A stretch of 50,601 nt of DNA from an uncultured Bordetella sp. GTDB lineage: Bacteria; Pseudomonadota; Gammaproteobacteria; Burkholderiales; SG8-39. A model generated the notes under the pieces. It was not told the origin of the DNA, searched no databases, and saw nothing but the letters and a program-made list of their open reading frames with translations. The DNA lies in the NCBI GenBank assembly GCA_964385505.1, contig CAYLPI010000004.1, forward strand, positions 1-50,601. The letters are read 5' to 3'. The translations under genes were made by a program, and so were the position numbers. This document shows, piece after piece, positions 10,176 through 19,609 of this stretch; the stretch's first letter is position 1, and every line of letters starts with the position of its first letter.

Positions 10176-11159
10176 TCACTCCGCCTTGATGTTGGCGCTC
10201 TTTACCAGCGCCCGCCACTTTTCGGTGTCCTTGCGCACGAACTCGCCGAATGCCGGCGGCGCCAGCGCACCGGGCGTGGCGCCCAGTTCACGCAGCTTTT
10301 GCTGGCCTTCGGGCGATTGCAGCACGCGGCGGATGTCGGCGTTGATCTTGGCCACGATATCGGGCGCGAGGCCGGCCGGACCGAGCAGGCCCATCCAGGC
10401 AATAGCCTCGAAGCCGGGCACCACCTCGGCGATGGCCGGCACATCGGGGGAGACGTTGCTGCGCTCGAGGCTTGCCACGCCGAGCGCACGCAGGCGGCCC
10501 GACTGCGTGAAGGGCAAAATCGCGGTGATCTGGTCAAAGCCGAGCGGCACATGGCCGGCCATCAGGTCGTTGAGCAGCGGGCCGGTGCCCTTGTAGGGCA
10601 CGTGGACCATTTGCGTGCCGGTTGCCTGCTGGAACAACTCGCCGGTGAGGTGGGTGGAGCTGCCGTTACCCGAACTGCCATAGCTCAGTTTTCCGGGATT
10701 CGCCTTGAGCTGCGCAATCAGTTCGGCCAGCGTCTTCGGTCCCGAAGGGTGCACCACCAGCACGTTGGGGAAGGTCGCGATCAGTGCCACCGGCGTGAAA
10801 TCACGCAGGTTGTCATAGGGGATTTTTGGATTGAGCGCCGGCGACACGGCGTGGCTGGAGGTGGTGCCGACGACAAAGGACAGGCCGTCGGGCGCGGCCT
10901 TGGCCACCAGGTCCGAACCAATGGTGCCGCTGGCACCGGAGCGATTTTCAATCACCACCGGCTGCCCCCAGACCTCGGACAGGCGCAGCGCGACAAAGCG
11001 GCCGAGCAGGTCGGTTGCACCACCCGGCGGGAAGGGCACGATCCAGCGCACCGGCTTGGACGGGTAGGGCGCCGGCTTGGCCGGCTGCGCCTGCGCAGTC
11101 GCGGCCAGCATGGAACAGGCACAAAGCGCGATGGCGATGACGCGGAGTATGGCGGTCAT
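10176..11159 (-). CDS. Bug/TctC substrate-binding protein
   Basis: Start at MTAILRV (signal peptide); PFPPGGATD, HVPYKGTGP. Confidence 0.93.
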   Translation of the reverse strand: MTAILRVIAIALCACSMLAATAQAQPAKPAPYPSKPVRWIVPFPPGGATDLLGRFVALRLSEVWGQPVVIENRSGASGTIGSDLVAKAAPDGLSFVVGTTSSHAVSPALNPKIPYDNLRDFTPVALIATFPNVLVVHPSGPKTLAELIAQLKANPGKLSYGSSGNGSSTHLTGELFQQATGTQMVHVPYKGTGPLLNDLMAGHVPLGFDQITAILPFTQSGRLRALGVASLERSNVSPDVPAIAEVVPGFEAIAWMGLLGPAGLAPDIVAKINADIRRVLQSPEGQQKLRELGATPGALAPPAFGEFVRKDTEKWRALVKSANIKAE

Positions 11160-11208
11160 GAGAATCCTCTTTACTGTGTGGGGGGAGCGACTGTCCGGCC
11201 GTCTATAA

Positions 11209-11229
11209 CGAATAGCGAATAGCGAATAG
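11209..11229. repeat. Heptamer tandem repeat (cgaatag)x3 in the 5' leader of the Bug-Mo hydroxylase operon
   Basis: cgaatag cgaatag cgaatag. Confidence 0.7.
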
Positions 11230-11283
11230 CGCGGGACAGACGCGCCCGGCGCGCGGTCTGGCACCGGTGCCGGATGCGAATCG

Positions 11284-11312
11284 AGATTGACCTAGCGGTC
11301 AAGAAAAGTCAA
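11284..11312 (-). promoter_or_regulatory. Sigma70-like promoter with TetR/RutR-like operator TTGACCtagcGGTCAA (11287-11302)
   Basis: Minus strand TTGACT-17 nt-CAATCT; a palindrome with perfect 6-bp arms lies in the spacer and overlaps -10. Confidence 0.75.
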
Positions 11313-11397
11313 GCCGCGCATCCGGACATGCGCATGGCGCACACCGCGCCCCGGCCGGGTGCGATTTCGAATGCGGGTTGGCACTGTCGGGTGTGCG

Positions 11398-12171
11398 CTA
11401 GCGCGCGCGGGCTTTGGCGCGGGAGCGGGCCGCCGGCGCGCGATCGCACAGCAGGTAGCGCACCACCATGTCGGCGGCGTGCTCGAGGCGTTGTTTCAGC
11501 CGCTGCGGGGTCATCAGCCGGCGCTGGAAAATCGCCTCGAAGGTGTGCTGGTGGCTGACGTAGTGCGCCGACAGCGAGGTGATGGAAATGTACAGGTCGA
11601 TCGGGTCGATGTCCTTGCGGAACACCCCGGCGGCGGCGCCGCGCCCGAGCAGGTCGCGGATGGCGTCCAGCAGCGGGTTGTACATGCGCGGAATGGTCTT
11701 GGACGCCTTGATGTGGCGGCCCTTGTTGATGTTCTCGCTTTGCAACAGGCGCAGGAACTCCGGATGGCGGCCCCAGTTCTGGCCGGTGAAGAACACCAGT
11801 TTGCGCATCGCCTCGACCGGATCGGCATCGAGGTCGCCGATGCCGGCCGCTTCCTGGTGGGCGCGGATCGACTCGTAAGTGCGCTCAAGCACTGCGGTAA
11901 AAAGGCCTTCCTTGCTGCCGAAGTAGTAGTAGAGGACGTTCTTCTGGATGCCCGAGCGCACGGCGATCTCGTCCATGTGCGCGGCGTAAAAGCCGTTCTC
12001 GGCGAACTGCGTGGTGGCGGCGGCGAGAATCGCCTCGCGCGTGCGCAGCGAACTCTCGCGCATGCGCGGCGTGGCACCACCGGCGGCGGCGAGGCTCGAT
12101 TCACGATGGACAGCCACCGGTGCAGCGGCGGCACCGGGTCGGACTTTGGCGGAAACGGGCTTGCGGCGCAT
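11398..12171 (-). CDS. TetR-family regulator (RutR/NicS-like)
   Basis: ILAAATTQFAENGF...IAVRSGIQKNVLYYYFGSKEGLF HTH; C-domain FLRLLQSEN...GVFRKDIDPIDLYISI. Confidence 0.9.
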   Translation of the reverse strand: MRRKPVSAKVRPGAAAAPVAVHRESSLAAAGGATPRMRESSLRTREAILAAATTQFAENGFYAAHMDEIAVRSGIQKNVLYYYFGSKEGLFTAVLERTYESIRAHQEAAGIGDLDADPVEAMRKLVFFTGQNWGRHPEFLRLLQSENINKGRHIKASKTIPRMYNPLLDAIRDLLGRGAAAGVFRKDIDPIDLYISITSLSAHYVSHQHTFEAIFQRRLMTPQRLKQRLEHAADMVVRYLLCDRAPAARSRAKARAR

Positions 12172-12340
12172 GGGCGCGGATTTTAGCAGGCTGGCGGGAA
12201 ATGCCAACAGCGCGGTAACGCGGCAAGAACCCCTGAACCAGCAGGAATACCGTCCCCTCAAGCGCTTCCTGCCCGGGCTTCAACAGGGTTCTGGGTTCAA
12301 ACGGGGTATCACCCCCTTTGTTCAGCGCCTGGCCGGGGGA

Positions 12341-12886
12341 TCAGGCGGTCTTCGCGGCGGAATCCACCAGATGGGCGGCGCGTCGCGCATACAGTTCATC
12401 GTCGGCGTAACCCATGGTCTCGGGCTTGGCGCGACCGAGCATGACCTGGAAATACACCGGCGAAAGGCTGTCGTTGACGTAGCCGTGGATGACGCCGGGC
12501 GGGCAGGCGATGCACTCCCATTTGGTCAGCCGCGCCTCGCGCCGGCCGCCCTGCTCGTCCTCGATGAACACCGTCAGAATGCCATCGAGCACGAAAAAAA
12601 TCTCCTCGACCTCGTGCGTGTGGGCGGCGTTGCCCTGGCCCGGCTCGACATACATGATGGACAGCGTGAAACCGCGCGCCGGAATCACCGACGGGTCGTT
12701 GTGCTTGCCCGAGCCGCCGGCGCCGATGAAGCGGTGCTGGGCGCGTTTGAAGCCCTCGATCTTGGCGTCCTCGAAGGCGGCCCAGTCGGGCTTTTTCTGG
12801 CTGAAGCGGCCGGTGTAGCGGGACATCACATCGTCCAGCGGGACGCCGACGAGTTCGGGGGGCAGGGGGTGACGGGCAGCGGACAT
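12341..12886 (-). CDS. Cupin domain protein
   Basis: PGQGNAAHTHEVEEIFFVLDG and PPGVIHGYVN cupin motifs 1 and 2; RBS gaggag. Confidence 0.9.
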   Translation of the reverse strand: MSAARHPLPPELVGVPLDDVMSRYTGRFSQKKPDWAAFEDAKIEGFKRAQHRFIGAGGSGKHNDPSVIPARGFTLSIMYVEPGQGNAAHTHEVEEIFFVLDGILTVFIEDEQGGRREARLTKWECIACPPGVIHGYVNDSLSPVYFQVMLGRAKPETMGYADDELYARRAAHLVDSAAKTA

Positions 12887-12949
12887 CGGGGCTCCTCTTT
12901 GTTGCGTAGATAGGACGAAAAGACATTTTGCGAAAAGCGGGATGATAGA

Positions 12950-12978
12950 ACCTTACCGTTTATTGACCGATCAGTCAA
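12950..12978 (-). promoter_or_regulatory. Promoter for cupin-TetR with operator TTGACCgatcAGTCAA (12963-12978) overlapping -35
   Basis: Minus strand TTGACT-17 nt-TAAGGT; operator has one mismatch to the palindrome. Confidence 0.7.
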
Positions 12979-13026
12979 ACTTGTGCCTTGCCACACCGTC
13001 CAAGCGACGGCATCCGGATGCGCCCC

Positions 13027-13058
13027 GTAACGGACCGTGGCTGTAACGAACCGTGGCT
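13027..13058 (+). repeat. 16-bp direct tandem repeat immediately upstream of a -35 box
   Basis: gtaacggaccgtggct gtaacgaaccgtggct (1 mismatch). Confidence 0.75.
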
Positions 13059-13086
13059 TGACAGGTCTTGACCGTCTGGTCAAACT
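13058..13086 (+). promoter_or_regulatory. Promoter for Bug-ALDH-hydrolase with operator TTGACCgtctGGTCAA (13068-13083)
   Basis: TTGACA-17 nt-CAAACT; same geometry as the 11284-11312 promoter. Confidence 0.75.
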
Positions 13087-13200
13087 CGGTGCCGACTTCG
13101 CGCTGCCTGCAGCGCACCACGCTTCAGGCCAGCCCGCATCGTGCGCCCCCCCGCCCCTCGCGCCATAACCCGATCCGAGCCAAAACCCAGGGAGACCATC

Positions 13201-14232
13201 TTGATTCGCACTTCACGCCTTATAACCGCCCTGCGTCCGGGTCTGCTGGCCGCGACGCTCGCCATCACCGCCGCGCTTGCGGCACCGTCCCAGGCGCTGG
13301 CACAGGTCGCCTCGACCGGCTCTGGACAGGCATGGCCGACCAAGCCGGTGCGCGTGGTCGTCACGCTGTCGCCGGGCTCGACCTCGGACATTCTCGCCCG
13401 CGTGGTGGCCGAGCAGATGAGCAAAAGCCTCGGCCAGTCCTTTGTCGTCGAAAACCGGCCCGGCGCCGGCGGCAACATCGCCGGCGATTATGTCGCACGC
13501 CAGCCGGCGGACGGCTACACCATCATGCTCGCGTCCATCAGCTCCCACGGCATCAACCCGGCGCTGTACGCAAAAATGCCCTACGACGCGCTGCGCGACT
13601 TCGTGCCGGTCATCGCCCTCGCCTCCAGCCCCAACGTGCTGATCGCCTCCAACGAAACCCCGGTCGCTTCGGTGAGGGAGCTCGTCACCTGGCTGAAGGG
13701 CCAGCCTGCGGGCACGGTCAACTATGCCTCGGCCGGCAACGGCACATCGATGCATCTCGCCGGCGAACTGTTCAACACCCTCGCCGGGGTCAAGGCCACG
13801 CACATCCCGTACAAGGGTTCGCCCGAGGCGGTGACGGCGGTAATGAAAAACGAAGTCGCCATCATGTTCCCCAACGCCCCCAACGCGGTGTCGCTGGCCA
13901 GGAGCGGCAAGATCAAGCTGCTCGCCGTCACCTCGCCCAAGCGCCTGCCCTCCATGCCGGAAGTCCCCACCGTCATTGAGGCCGGCCTCGCCGGCTTTGA
14001 TGTCGTCGCCTGGTTCGGTTTTGTCGCGCCGGCCGGCACGCCACCCGACATCGTCGCCAGACTCAACGCCGAGGGGCAGAAGGCGCTCGCGCTGCCGGCA
14101 GTGCGCGAAGCGCTGACCAAGCAGGGCTTTGATGTCATGGGCGGCTCGGCCCCGGACTTCGGCCAGTTCATGCGCGGCGAAATCGACAAATGGACGCGCG
14201 TCGTCAACGGCGCAAACCTGCCCAAGCTCTGA
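13201..14232 (+). CDS. Bug/TctC substrate-binding protein
   Basis: TTG start after GGAG; WPTKPVRVVV, ENRPGAGG, HIPYKGS. Confidence 0.92.
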   Translation: MIRTSRLITALRPGLLAATLAITAALAAPSQALAQVASTGSGQAWPTKPVRVVVTLSPGSTSDILARVVAEQMSKSLGQSFVVENRPGAGGNIAGDYVARQPADGYTIMLASISSHGINPALYAKMPYDALRDFVPVIALASSPNVLIASNETPVASVRELVTWLKGQPAGTVNYASAGNGTSMHLAGELFNTLAGVKATHIPYKGSPEAVTAVMKNEVAIMFPNAPNAVSLARSGKIKLLAVTSPKRLPSMPEVPTVIEAGLAGFDVVAWFGFVAPAGTPPDIVARLNAEGQKALALPAVREALTKQGFDVMGGSAPDFGQFMRGEIDKWTRVVNGANLPKL

Positions 14233-14255
14233 CCACATTCAAAGCACACGACACC

Positions 14256-15689
14256 ATGGCCCTGCAAAGACTCGAACCCTTTATCGACGGCAAGACGGTC
14301 GCCGTCACCGGCCAGGCGACGACGCTGGTGTCGCCGGTGGACCTCGCGCCCGCGGCCGAGCTGACCGAAGCCGACGCCGCCTGCGTGCTGCGCGCGACAC
14401 AAAGCGCGCACGCCGCCTATGTCGCCAACCGCAAGGCAAGCCTCGCGCAGCGCACCGGCTGGCTCAATGCCGCCGCGGCGCTGGTGGAAAAAGCCGCGCC
14501 TGAGATCACCGCCATGCTGATCCGCGACATCGGCAAGCCGCGCCGCGCCGCGAGTTTCGAGGCCAACCGCTCGGCGGCCTTTTTACGCGCCACCGCGACC
14601 GAGGCGCAAGGCTTGCGCGGCGAGACCATACCGGTCGATGCCGCCCCCACCGGCGCCGGCCGCATGGGCTTCACGCGTCGTTACCCCTACGGCGTCGTCG
14701 CCGGCATCACGCCCTTTAACGCGCCGATCAACCTGTTGATCCAGAAGGTCGCGCCGGCGCTGGTGGCGGGCAACGCCATTGTCGTCAAGCCGCACCCCGC
14801 GGGTACGCGTGTGGCGCTGCGCGTGGCGGAACTCTTTACCGAGTCGGGCCTGCCCAATGGCCTGTTCAACGTACTGACCGGCGACCGCGCACCGGCCGCG
14901 GCCCTCGCCGCCGACGAGCGCGTCATGGCGGTCACCTTTACCGGCGGCACGGCGGCCGGCGATGCGCTGGCGCGCGCTGCCGGCGCAAAAAAATTCCTCG
15001 CCGAACTCGGCTCCAGTGCGGCCAACATCATTCTGGCCGATGCCGACATCGCCGATGCAGCCAAGCGCATCGCCTCTGCGGCCTTCGAGGCCAGCGGCCA
15101 GCAATGCATTTCGGCGCAGCGCATCATTGTCGAGGCGCCGGTGTACGAGGCCTTTCTCGAGGCTTTTGTCGCGGCCTCGCGCGCGCTCAAGGTCGGCGAT
15201 CCCGATGACGAAAAAACCGACGTCGGCCCGATGGTGTCGATGGCCGCCGCCGACCGCGTGATGGCCATGGTCGAGGATGCGCGGCAGCGCGGTGCGCGCA
15301 TTGCACTCGAACCGCAGCGCCGCGACTGCATCGTCAGCCCCGGCATCATCGCCGGTGCGCCGCGCGATTCCAGCGTCTGGCGTGACGAAGCCTTCGGCCC
15401 CATCGTCACCGTCGAATCGGCGCGCGACGCCGATGACGCGCTGGCCATGGCCAACGACTCCATTTTCGGTTTGCAGGGTGCGCTGTTCACGCGCAGCCTG
15501 AAGCAGGCGATGCGCTTTTCCGAGGATTTTGAGGTCGGTTCGCTGTGGGTCAACGAAGCCAGCCGCTTCAGGCTCGACATGTATCCCTTCGGCGGCGCCA
15601 AGCGTTCGGGCTTTGGTCGCGAGGGCGTGCGCTACGCCATCGAGGAACTGTCACAATTGCGCTTTACCGGTATCCGGTTCGACACCTGA
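14256..15689 (+). CDS. NAD(P)-dependent aldehyde dehydrogenase
   Basis: ITPFNAP, FTGG, ELG, catalytic GQQCIS, EAFGP, PFGGAKRSGFGREG. Confidence 0.95.
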   Translation: MALQRLEPFIDGKTVAVTGQATTLVSPVDLAPAAELTEADAACVLRATQSAHAAYVANRKASLAQRTGWLNAAAALVEKAAPEITAMLIRDIGKPRRAASFEANRSAAFLRATATEAQGLRGETIPVDAAPTGAGRMGFTRRYPYGVVAGITPFNAPINLLIQKVAPALVAGNAIVVKPHPAGTRVALRVAELFTESGLPNGLFNVLTGDRAPAAALAADERVMAVTFTGGTAAGDALARAAGAKKFLAELGSSAANIILADADIADAAKRIASAAFEASGQQCISAQRIIVEAPVYEAFLEAFVAASRALKVGDPDDEKTDVGPMVSMAAADRVMAMVEDARQRGARIALEPQRRDCIVSPGIIAGAPRDSSVWRDEAFGPIVTVESARDADDALAMANDSIFGLQGALFTRSLKQAMRFSEDFEVGSLWVNEASRFRLDMYPFGGAKRSGFGREGVRYAIEELSQLRFTGIRFDT

Positions 15690-15698
15690 GTCCAGCCC

Positions 15699-16628
15699 AT
15701 GCCCGCGCCCTCTTTGAACCTGCCGCAAATTCCCGACGCCCTGGCCGCGCGCATGGCCGAGATCGGTCCGGTCTGGGGAACCAATGTCGGCGGCCACGTG
15801 CGCGAAACCATCGCGCTATACAGTGCCGTGCTGGCACAGACGCCGCGCGAGGGCATCACCACGACGCGCGACATCGCTTACGCAGCGCACGCGCGCCAGG
15901 TGCTCGATGTGTACGTACCCGATGGCGTCACGAAAGAAAACGGCGCGGCGCCGGTGGTGGTGTTTGCGCACGGCGGCGCCTTTGTCGAGGGCGACAAGGA
16001 ACGCACGCCCGAGGTCTATGGCAATGTGCTGCGCCGCCTGGCGCGCGGTGGCGTGGTCGGCGTCAACATGGAATACCGGCTCGCACCCGAGTTTAAATAC
16101 CCGGCCGCCAGCGATGACGTCGCCGGCGCCCTCGCCTGGACGCGCGCCAACATCGCCCGGTTTGGCGGTGACCCGGCGCGTATTTTCCTGATGGGACACT
16201 CGGCCGGCGCGGCGCACACCGGCTCATATGCCTATGACGCGCGGCGGCACGGCAAGGACGGCCCGCGCATCGCCGGCCACATCGTGGTCAGCGGCCGCGT
16301 GCGCGCAGAAATGCGCGCCGACAATCCCAACCGCAGCAAGGTCGCCGCGTATTACGGCGAGGACGCCGCCTTGCAGGAGGACTGCTCCGCGGTGAGCCAC
16401 ATCAACGCGGCGAGCGTGCCGACAATGATTGCGATGGCCGAGTTCGACAATCCGCTCATCGACATCCATTGCATCGAACTCGCACACCGGCTGGCACAGG
16501 CGCAAAACCGCGCGCCGCGCACGCTGTGGCTCGAAGGCCACAATCACACTTCTATCATCGCTGCCATGGACACCGCGGATGACAGACTGGGCGGCGAAAT
16601 ACTCGACTTCATCCGGCACGGGCGCTAG
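15699..16628 (+). CDS. HSL-family alpha/beta hydrolase (carboxylesterase/arylformamidase-like)
   Basis: HGGAF oxyanion motif, YRLAPE, GHSAG nucleophile, HNH. Confidence 0.88.
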   Translation: MPAPSLNLPQIPDALAARMAEIGPVWGTNVGGHVRETIALYSAVLAQTPREGITTTRDIAYAAHARQVLDVYVPDGVTKENGAAPVVVFAHGGAFVEGDKERTPEVYGNVLRRLARGGVVGVNMEYRLAPEFKYPAASDDVAGALAWTRANIARFGGDPARIFLMGHSAGAAHTGSYAYDARRHGKDGPRIAGHIVVSGRVRAEMRADNPNRSKVAAYYGEDAALQEDCSAVSHINAASVPTMIAMAEFDNPLIDIHCIELAHRLAQAQNRAPRTLWLEGHNHTSIIAAMDTADDRLGGEILDFIRHGR

Positions 16629-16636
16629 CGCGCCGC

Positions 16637-18790
16637 TCAGGGCCGGGCGGCGAGCAGGTCTTCGAGCGCAGGCAGCGTGTTCACCGGGGCAAGACACGTC
16701 ATACCGCGGCACAGGTACGCGCTGACACCGCTTGACGGTGCCGGTTTGTCCAGCAGCGGCGGCAGGCGCTGGGACTTTGACGGCACCGCAATCACCAGTG
16801 TCATCGGCTGGAAACCCTTACAGAGCGTGCTTCGGCCGGCAGGCCGAAGCTGCTCGCTAGGCGCCGGGAATTCTCGGCGAAACCCCTGGCTCGCCCCGTC
16901 CAGCGCGGCCCTCCAGCGGGTCATCTCTTCTTCATCACCGCGCAGCACCAGTACCGCGGGTGGTGTCAGGTATTCCTCCAGCGCCATGCACAACGTGGCG
17001 TAGCCGCCCGGGCTTTTGCGCATGGCCGGATAAAACAGCGCGATGCAGCGCTCGGCCGCGGTCAGAAATCGCGTTTCGCCACCGATATGTCCGAGACGTT
17101 GCAGCGCCAGCGCGGCGACGCCGTTGCCCGAGGGCGTGGCGTTGTCGTGGCCGGGCTTGGTGCGCTGGATCAGGCGCTCGTGGTCGTGGCTGGTGAAGCA
17201 AAAGCCGCCGCCCGCGCGGTCTTCGAATTGCTCCAGCAGCACTTCGGCCAGTTCCTCGGCGAAATCGAATTCATCGACGCGAAAGTCCGTCTGCATCAGC
17301 TCGAGCAGCGCCGCCAGCAGGAACGCGTAATCGTCCAGATAGGCATTGAGGTGGGCGCGGCCGTCCTTGTACGTGGCGAGCAGGCGCTCGCCTCCGGCCG
17401 CGTCGCTGCGCGCCTGCCACATGGTGGCACGAATGAAGGCGAGGGCCTTGCGCGCCGAAGCCAGCCAGTCGGGGCGACCGAACACGCGCGCCGCGCGCGC
17501 CATGCCGGCGATCATCAGCGCGTTCCAGGCGACGAGGATCTTTTCGTCGCGGCCCGGCCACACACGCTCGCCGCGCACGGTGAGCAGCTTGTCGCGACCG
17601 CTCGCCAGCAACGCCTCGCATCGCCCGACGCCGCAGCCGAGCTTTGTCGCAATTTCGGTCAACGGCACCGCGACAAGAAAGTGCCAGTGCCTGCCCTCGA
17701 AGTTGGGGCTGCGCTCGAGGCCGTAGTGTGGCGCCAGCACCGCATACTCATCCGCGGTGATCGCGGCGGCAACCTGTTCTTGCGTCCAGACATAAAACCG
17801 GCCTTCCTCGCCCTCGGAGTCGGCGTCGAAAGCCGAGTAATAACCGCCCTCGGCTGATTGCATTTCACGCATCGCCCAGTCGGCGGTTTGCTCAGTGATA
17901 GCGCGGTACAGGACATTGCCGGTCGCGGCAAAGGCATCGGCATAGCGCGAGAGCAGCGGGCCGTTGTCGTAGAGCATTTTTTCGAAATGTGGAATCGCCC
18001 ACTGCGCATCGGTGCTGTAGCGGGCGAAGCCGCCACCGAGCTGGTCAAAAATGCCGCCCAGCGCCATGTTCTCCAGGGTAAACAGCGCGGCGTGCAAGGC
18101 CTGGCTGTCGCCGTTCGAGGCATGACGGCGCAGCAGCAATTCGAGATCGGTCGGATGCGGAAACTTTGGCGCGCCACCAAAGCCGCCGAACTGCGGATCG
18201 AACGCGGCCTTGAGCGAGGCCACCGCCCCGTCCACGGGCTCGGCCGAAAACTCCGAGTGATGCACGGCGCCCGACGGTTGCATGCGCGCAAGGGCTTCGA
18301 GCAGCGAAGCGTTTTGTTCGCGTATTTCGGGCTGGCGCTCGCGATACATCGAAGCCACGCGTTCGCACAAATCGGCAAAGCCCGGCCGGTTGTAGCGCGC
18401 GGTCTTGGGAAAATACGTGCCACCGAAAAACGGCGTGCCCTCGGGCGTCAAAAACATCGTCAACGGCCAGCCGCCGTTTTGCTGCGTCAGCAGGTGGTGT
18501 GCGCTCTGATAAATCTGGTCGAGGTCGGGCCGCTCTTCGCGATCGACCTTGATGTTGACGAACAGGCGGTTCATCACCGCGGCCACTTCTGTGTCCTCAA
18601 AGGACTCGTGCGCCATCACATGGCACCAGTGGCAGGCCGAGTAGCCCACCGACAGCAGGATCGGCTTGCCCTCGTCGCGCGCCCGCGCCAGGGCCTCCTC
18701 TCCCCAGGCAAACCAATCGACCGGATTGCCCGCGTGCTGCTGCAGGTAGGGGCTGGTTTCCTTGGCGAGGCGGTTCATGCGCATGGCCAA
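16637..18790 (-). CDS. yyaL: YyaL/SSP411-family protein (DUF255 thioredoxin domain plus six-hairpin glycosidase-like domain)
   Basis: [62 protein letters not shown]. Confidence 0.93.
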   Translation of the reverse strand: MAMRMNRLAKETSPYLQQHAGNPVDWFAWGEEALARARDEGKPILLSVGYSACHWCHVMAHESFEDTEVAAVMNRLFVNIKVDREERPDLDQIYQSAHHLLTQQNGGWPLTMFLTPEGTPFFGGTYFPKTARYNRPGFADLCERVASMYRERQPEIREQNASLLEALARMQPSGAVHHSEFSAEPVDGAVASLKAAFDPQFGGFGGAPKFPHPTDLELLLRRHASNGDSQALHAALFTLENMALGGIFDQLGGGFARYSTDAQWAIPHFEKMLYDNGPLLSRYADAFAATGNVLYRAITEQTADWAMREMQSAEGGYYSAFDADSEGEEGRFYVWTQEQVAAAITADEYAVLAPHYGLERSPNFEGRHWHFLVAVPLTEIATKLGCGVGRCEALLASGRDKLLTVRGERVWPGRDEKILVAWNALMIAGMARAARVFGRPDWLASARKALAFIRATMWQARSDAAGGERLLATYKDGRAHLNAYLDDYAFLLAALLELMQTDFRVDEFDFAEELAEVLLEQFEDRAGGGFCFTSHDHERLIQRTKPGHDNATPSGNGVAALALQRLGHIGGETRFLTAAERCIALFYPAMRKSPGGYATLCMALEEYLTPPAVLVLRGDEEEMTRWRAALDGASQGFRREFPAPSEQLRPAGRSTLCKGFQPMTLVIAVPSKSQRLPPLLDKPAPSSGVSAYLCRGMTCLAPVNTLPALEDLLAARP

Positions 18791-19609
18791 TCAGCCGCCC
18801 GCGCGCATCTGAGCGCGGCGCACCCGGGCGCTGATGGCGTCGACGAACACCACCAGCACCAGCATGGCGATGATGACCGTACTCGCCTGCGCTTCATGCA
18901 GCAGCGACAACTCGTAGTAAAGCATCTGCCCCAGCCCGCCGGCGCCGACAAAACCGAGCACCGTGGCCATGCGTATGTTCATTTCCCAGCGGTAGAGGCT
19001 GTAGGCAATGAGTTGCGGCGTGATCAGTGGCAGCGTGCCGTAGATGAAGGTCAGACCGGCCGGCGCGCCGCTTTCGGCCAGCGCGCGCGCCGGTTCGGTC
19101 GGCGCGTTCTCCAGCGATTCGGCGAACAGCCGCCCGAGCACACCGGAGGTGTGCAAGGCCAGCGCCAGCGTGCCGGCGAAGGGCCCGAGGCCGGCGGCGA
19201 GCACCATCAGCGCCGCCCACACCAGCTCGGGCACCGAGCGCAGAAAGTTAAGGAAAAACCGCGTCAACGCCTTGGCCGCACCACCGAAACGCCCCGATGC
19301 CGGCAAGGCCAGCGCGAGGCCTGCCGCTGTGGCAAGCAGGGTGCCAACGGCGGAAATAGCCAGCGTCTCGAGCGCGCCCTTGCCGATTTTTTGCAGAAAA
19401 TCGGCAGACATGTCGGGCGGAAAAAACCGCCTCACAAACTCGGCCATGTAGCCGCGCGATTCGGCGGTAAAGAGGCGCCGCGGTTCGATGGCGAGATAGG
19501 CAAAGCTCGCCCAGATCACGACGGCCAGCGCAGCCAGACCGAGCCAGCAATAAATGCAAAAGCCCAGCGCGCGCCGGCGTTCTTCAAAGGTAACGGTGGC
19601 GTTATTCAT
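18791..19609 (-). CDS. PhnE/PtxC-family ABC permease
   Basis: RSVPELVWA, LGRLFAE, YRWEMNIRMATVLGFVGAGGLG; overlaps the upstream permease stop. Confidence 0.9.
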   Translation of the reverse strand: MNNATVTFEERRRALGFCIYCWLGLAALAVVIWASFAYLAIEPRRLFTAESRGYMAEFVRRFFPPDMSADFLQKIGKGALETLAISAVGTLLATAAGLALALPASGRFGGAAKALTRFFLNFLRSVPELVWAALMVLAAGLGPFAGTLALALHTSGVLGRLFAESLENAPTEPARALAESGAPAGLTFIYGTLPLITPQLIAYSLYRWEMNIRMATVLGFVGAGGLGQMLYYELSLLHEAQASTVIIAMLVLVVFVDAISARVRRAQMRAGG

